From NCBI GenBank assembly GCA_964016885.1, contig CAXHJY010000347.1:1-52000 (forward strand): a stretch of DNA of 52,000 bases, in the 5' to 3' direction. Source of the DNA: Eledone cirrhosa. Its lineage: Eukaryota. Below, in pieces: positions 50,901 through 52,000 of this stretch (within the stretch, counting starts at the first letter, position 1; each line of letters starts with the position of its first letter). The notes below the pieces were generated by a model. That model was not told the origin of the DNA, did not search any database, and saw nothing but the letters and a program-made list of their open reading frames with translations. The position numbers and the translations under genes are program-made.

Positions 50901-52000
50901 AACGAGTTTTATCTTAAGATTCAACTGTTGTTAAAACGAATCAGTTCTTAAGATTCAACTGTTGTTATAACGAATGTTATCTTAAGATTCAACTGTTGTT
51001 AAAATGAGTGAGTTCATAATATTCAACTTTTGTTAAAACGAGTCATTTCTTAAGTTTGAACTGTTGTTAAAACGAGTTTTATCTTAAGATTCAGCTGTTG
51101 TTAAAACGAGTCATTTCTTAAGATTCAACTGTTGTTAAAACGAGTTTTATCTTAAGATTCAACTGTTGTTAAAACGAGTCAGTTCTTAAGATTCAACTGT
51201 TGTTAAAACGAGTTTTATTTGAAGATTCAACTGTTGTTAAAATGAGTCAGTTCTTAAGATTCAACAGTTGTTAAAACGAGTTTTATCTTAAGATTCAACT
51301 GTTGTTAAAACGAGTCAGTTATTAAGATTCAACTGTTGCTAAAACGAGTCAGTTCTTGAGATTCAACTATTGTTAAAACGAGTTTTATTTTAAGATTCAA
51401 CTGTTGATAAAACGAGTCAGATCTAACGATTCAACTGTTTTAAAACGAGTCAGTTCTTGAGGCTGAACTGTTGTTAGAACAAGTCAGTTCTTAAGATTCA
51501 ACTGTTGTTAAAACGAGTTTTGTCTTGAGATTCAACTGTTGTTAAAACGAGTCAGTTCTTAAGATTAATCTGTTGTTAAAACGAGGTTTATCTTAGGATT
51601 CAACTGTTGTTAAAACGAGACAGTTCTTAAGATTCAACTGTTGTTAAAACGGGTTTTGTCTTAAGATTCAACTGTTGTTAAAACGAGACAGTTCTTAAGA
51701 TTCAACTGTTGTTAAAGCGAGTTTTATCTTTAAGATTCAACTGTTGTTAAAACAAGTTTTATCTTAAGATTCAGCTGTCGTTAAAACGAGTCAGTTTTTA
51801 AGATTCAACTGTTGTTAAAACGAGTCTTAACTTTAGATTCAACTGTTGTTAAAATGAGTTAGCTCATAAGATTCAACTGTTGTTAAAACGATTTTTATCT
51901 TAAGATTCAACTGTTGTTAAAACGAGTCAGTTCTTAAGATTCAACTGTTGTTAAAACGAGTTTTATCTTAAGATTCAACTGTTGTTAAAACGATTTTTAT
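44944..52000. repeat. Two further rearranged copies of the ~100-monomer right-domain block
   Basis: GATCTAACG at 47722 (+3391) and 51420 (+3698), each preceded by the same ordered markers (GTGAGTTCATAATATTC, AAAATAAGTC, TTATAACGAATG). Confidence 0.8.

Larger units (their letters stand above)
1..52000. repeat. Tandem satellite array, 34-bp monomer CTTAAGATTCAACTGTTGTTAAAACGAG(TCAGTT|TTTTAT), about 1,530 copies, running off both window ends
   Basis: Monomer starts recur every 34 bp (e.g. 5, 39, 73, 107, 141, 175) in one orientation from the first to the last line. Only point substitutions and 1-2 bp indels are seen, with no foreign sequence. Confidence 0.99.

Noticed and set aside
1-52000. A repetitive protein-coding ORF on either strand
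   Set aside because: 34 is not a multiple of 3. Each monomer has TAA at positions 3 and 20 on the plus strand and TTA/TCA (minus-strand stops) at 2, 9 and 19, closing all frames within about two monomers.
1-52000. Telomeric repeat, plasmid iteron array or recombinase-site array
   Set aside because: There is no G-rich strand or telomerase-like uniformity. The array is far longer than iteron or att arrays and has no adjacent rep or recombinase gene or cassettes in the window.
1-52000. Pure sequencing or rolling-circle amplification artefact
   Set aside because: Variants are shared in nested, hierarchical blocks with several different periods and two domains. That is an evolutionary signature, not random error on one circular template. 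Individual near-identical blocks could still be mis-assembled.

Overview
The whole 52-kb window is one uninterrupted, head-to-tail, single-orientation tandem array (satellite DNA) of an AT-rich (~29% GC) 34-bp monomer, about 1,530 copies. The consensus is CTTAAGATTCAACTGTTGTTAAAACGAG followed by either TCAGTT (type A) or TTTTAT (type B), the two types tending to alternate. I see no protein-coding gene, RNA gene, transposon, CRISPR spacer or unique sequence; stop codons close all six frames within about two monomers. The structure is hierarchical: a 17-bp internal sub-repeat, an A/B dimer, 7/10/14-monomer modules, and kb-scale block duplications (offsets 1290, 1562, 2207, 2680, 3390, ~8.7 kb and 19171 bp). 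There are two variant domains meeting at a degenerate zone near 22-24 kb. Most major variants create or perfect a dyad symmetry. The organism and function (for example centromeric or pericentromeric heterochromatin of a eukaryote) cannot be determined from the sequence, and I do not recognise the satellite family. All offsets were measured by eye from diagnostic variants.
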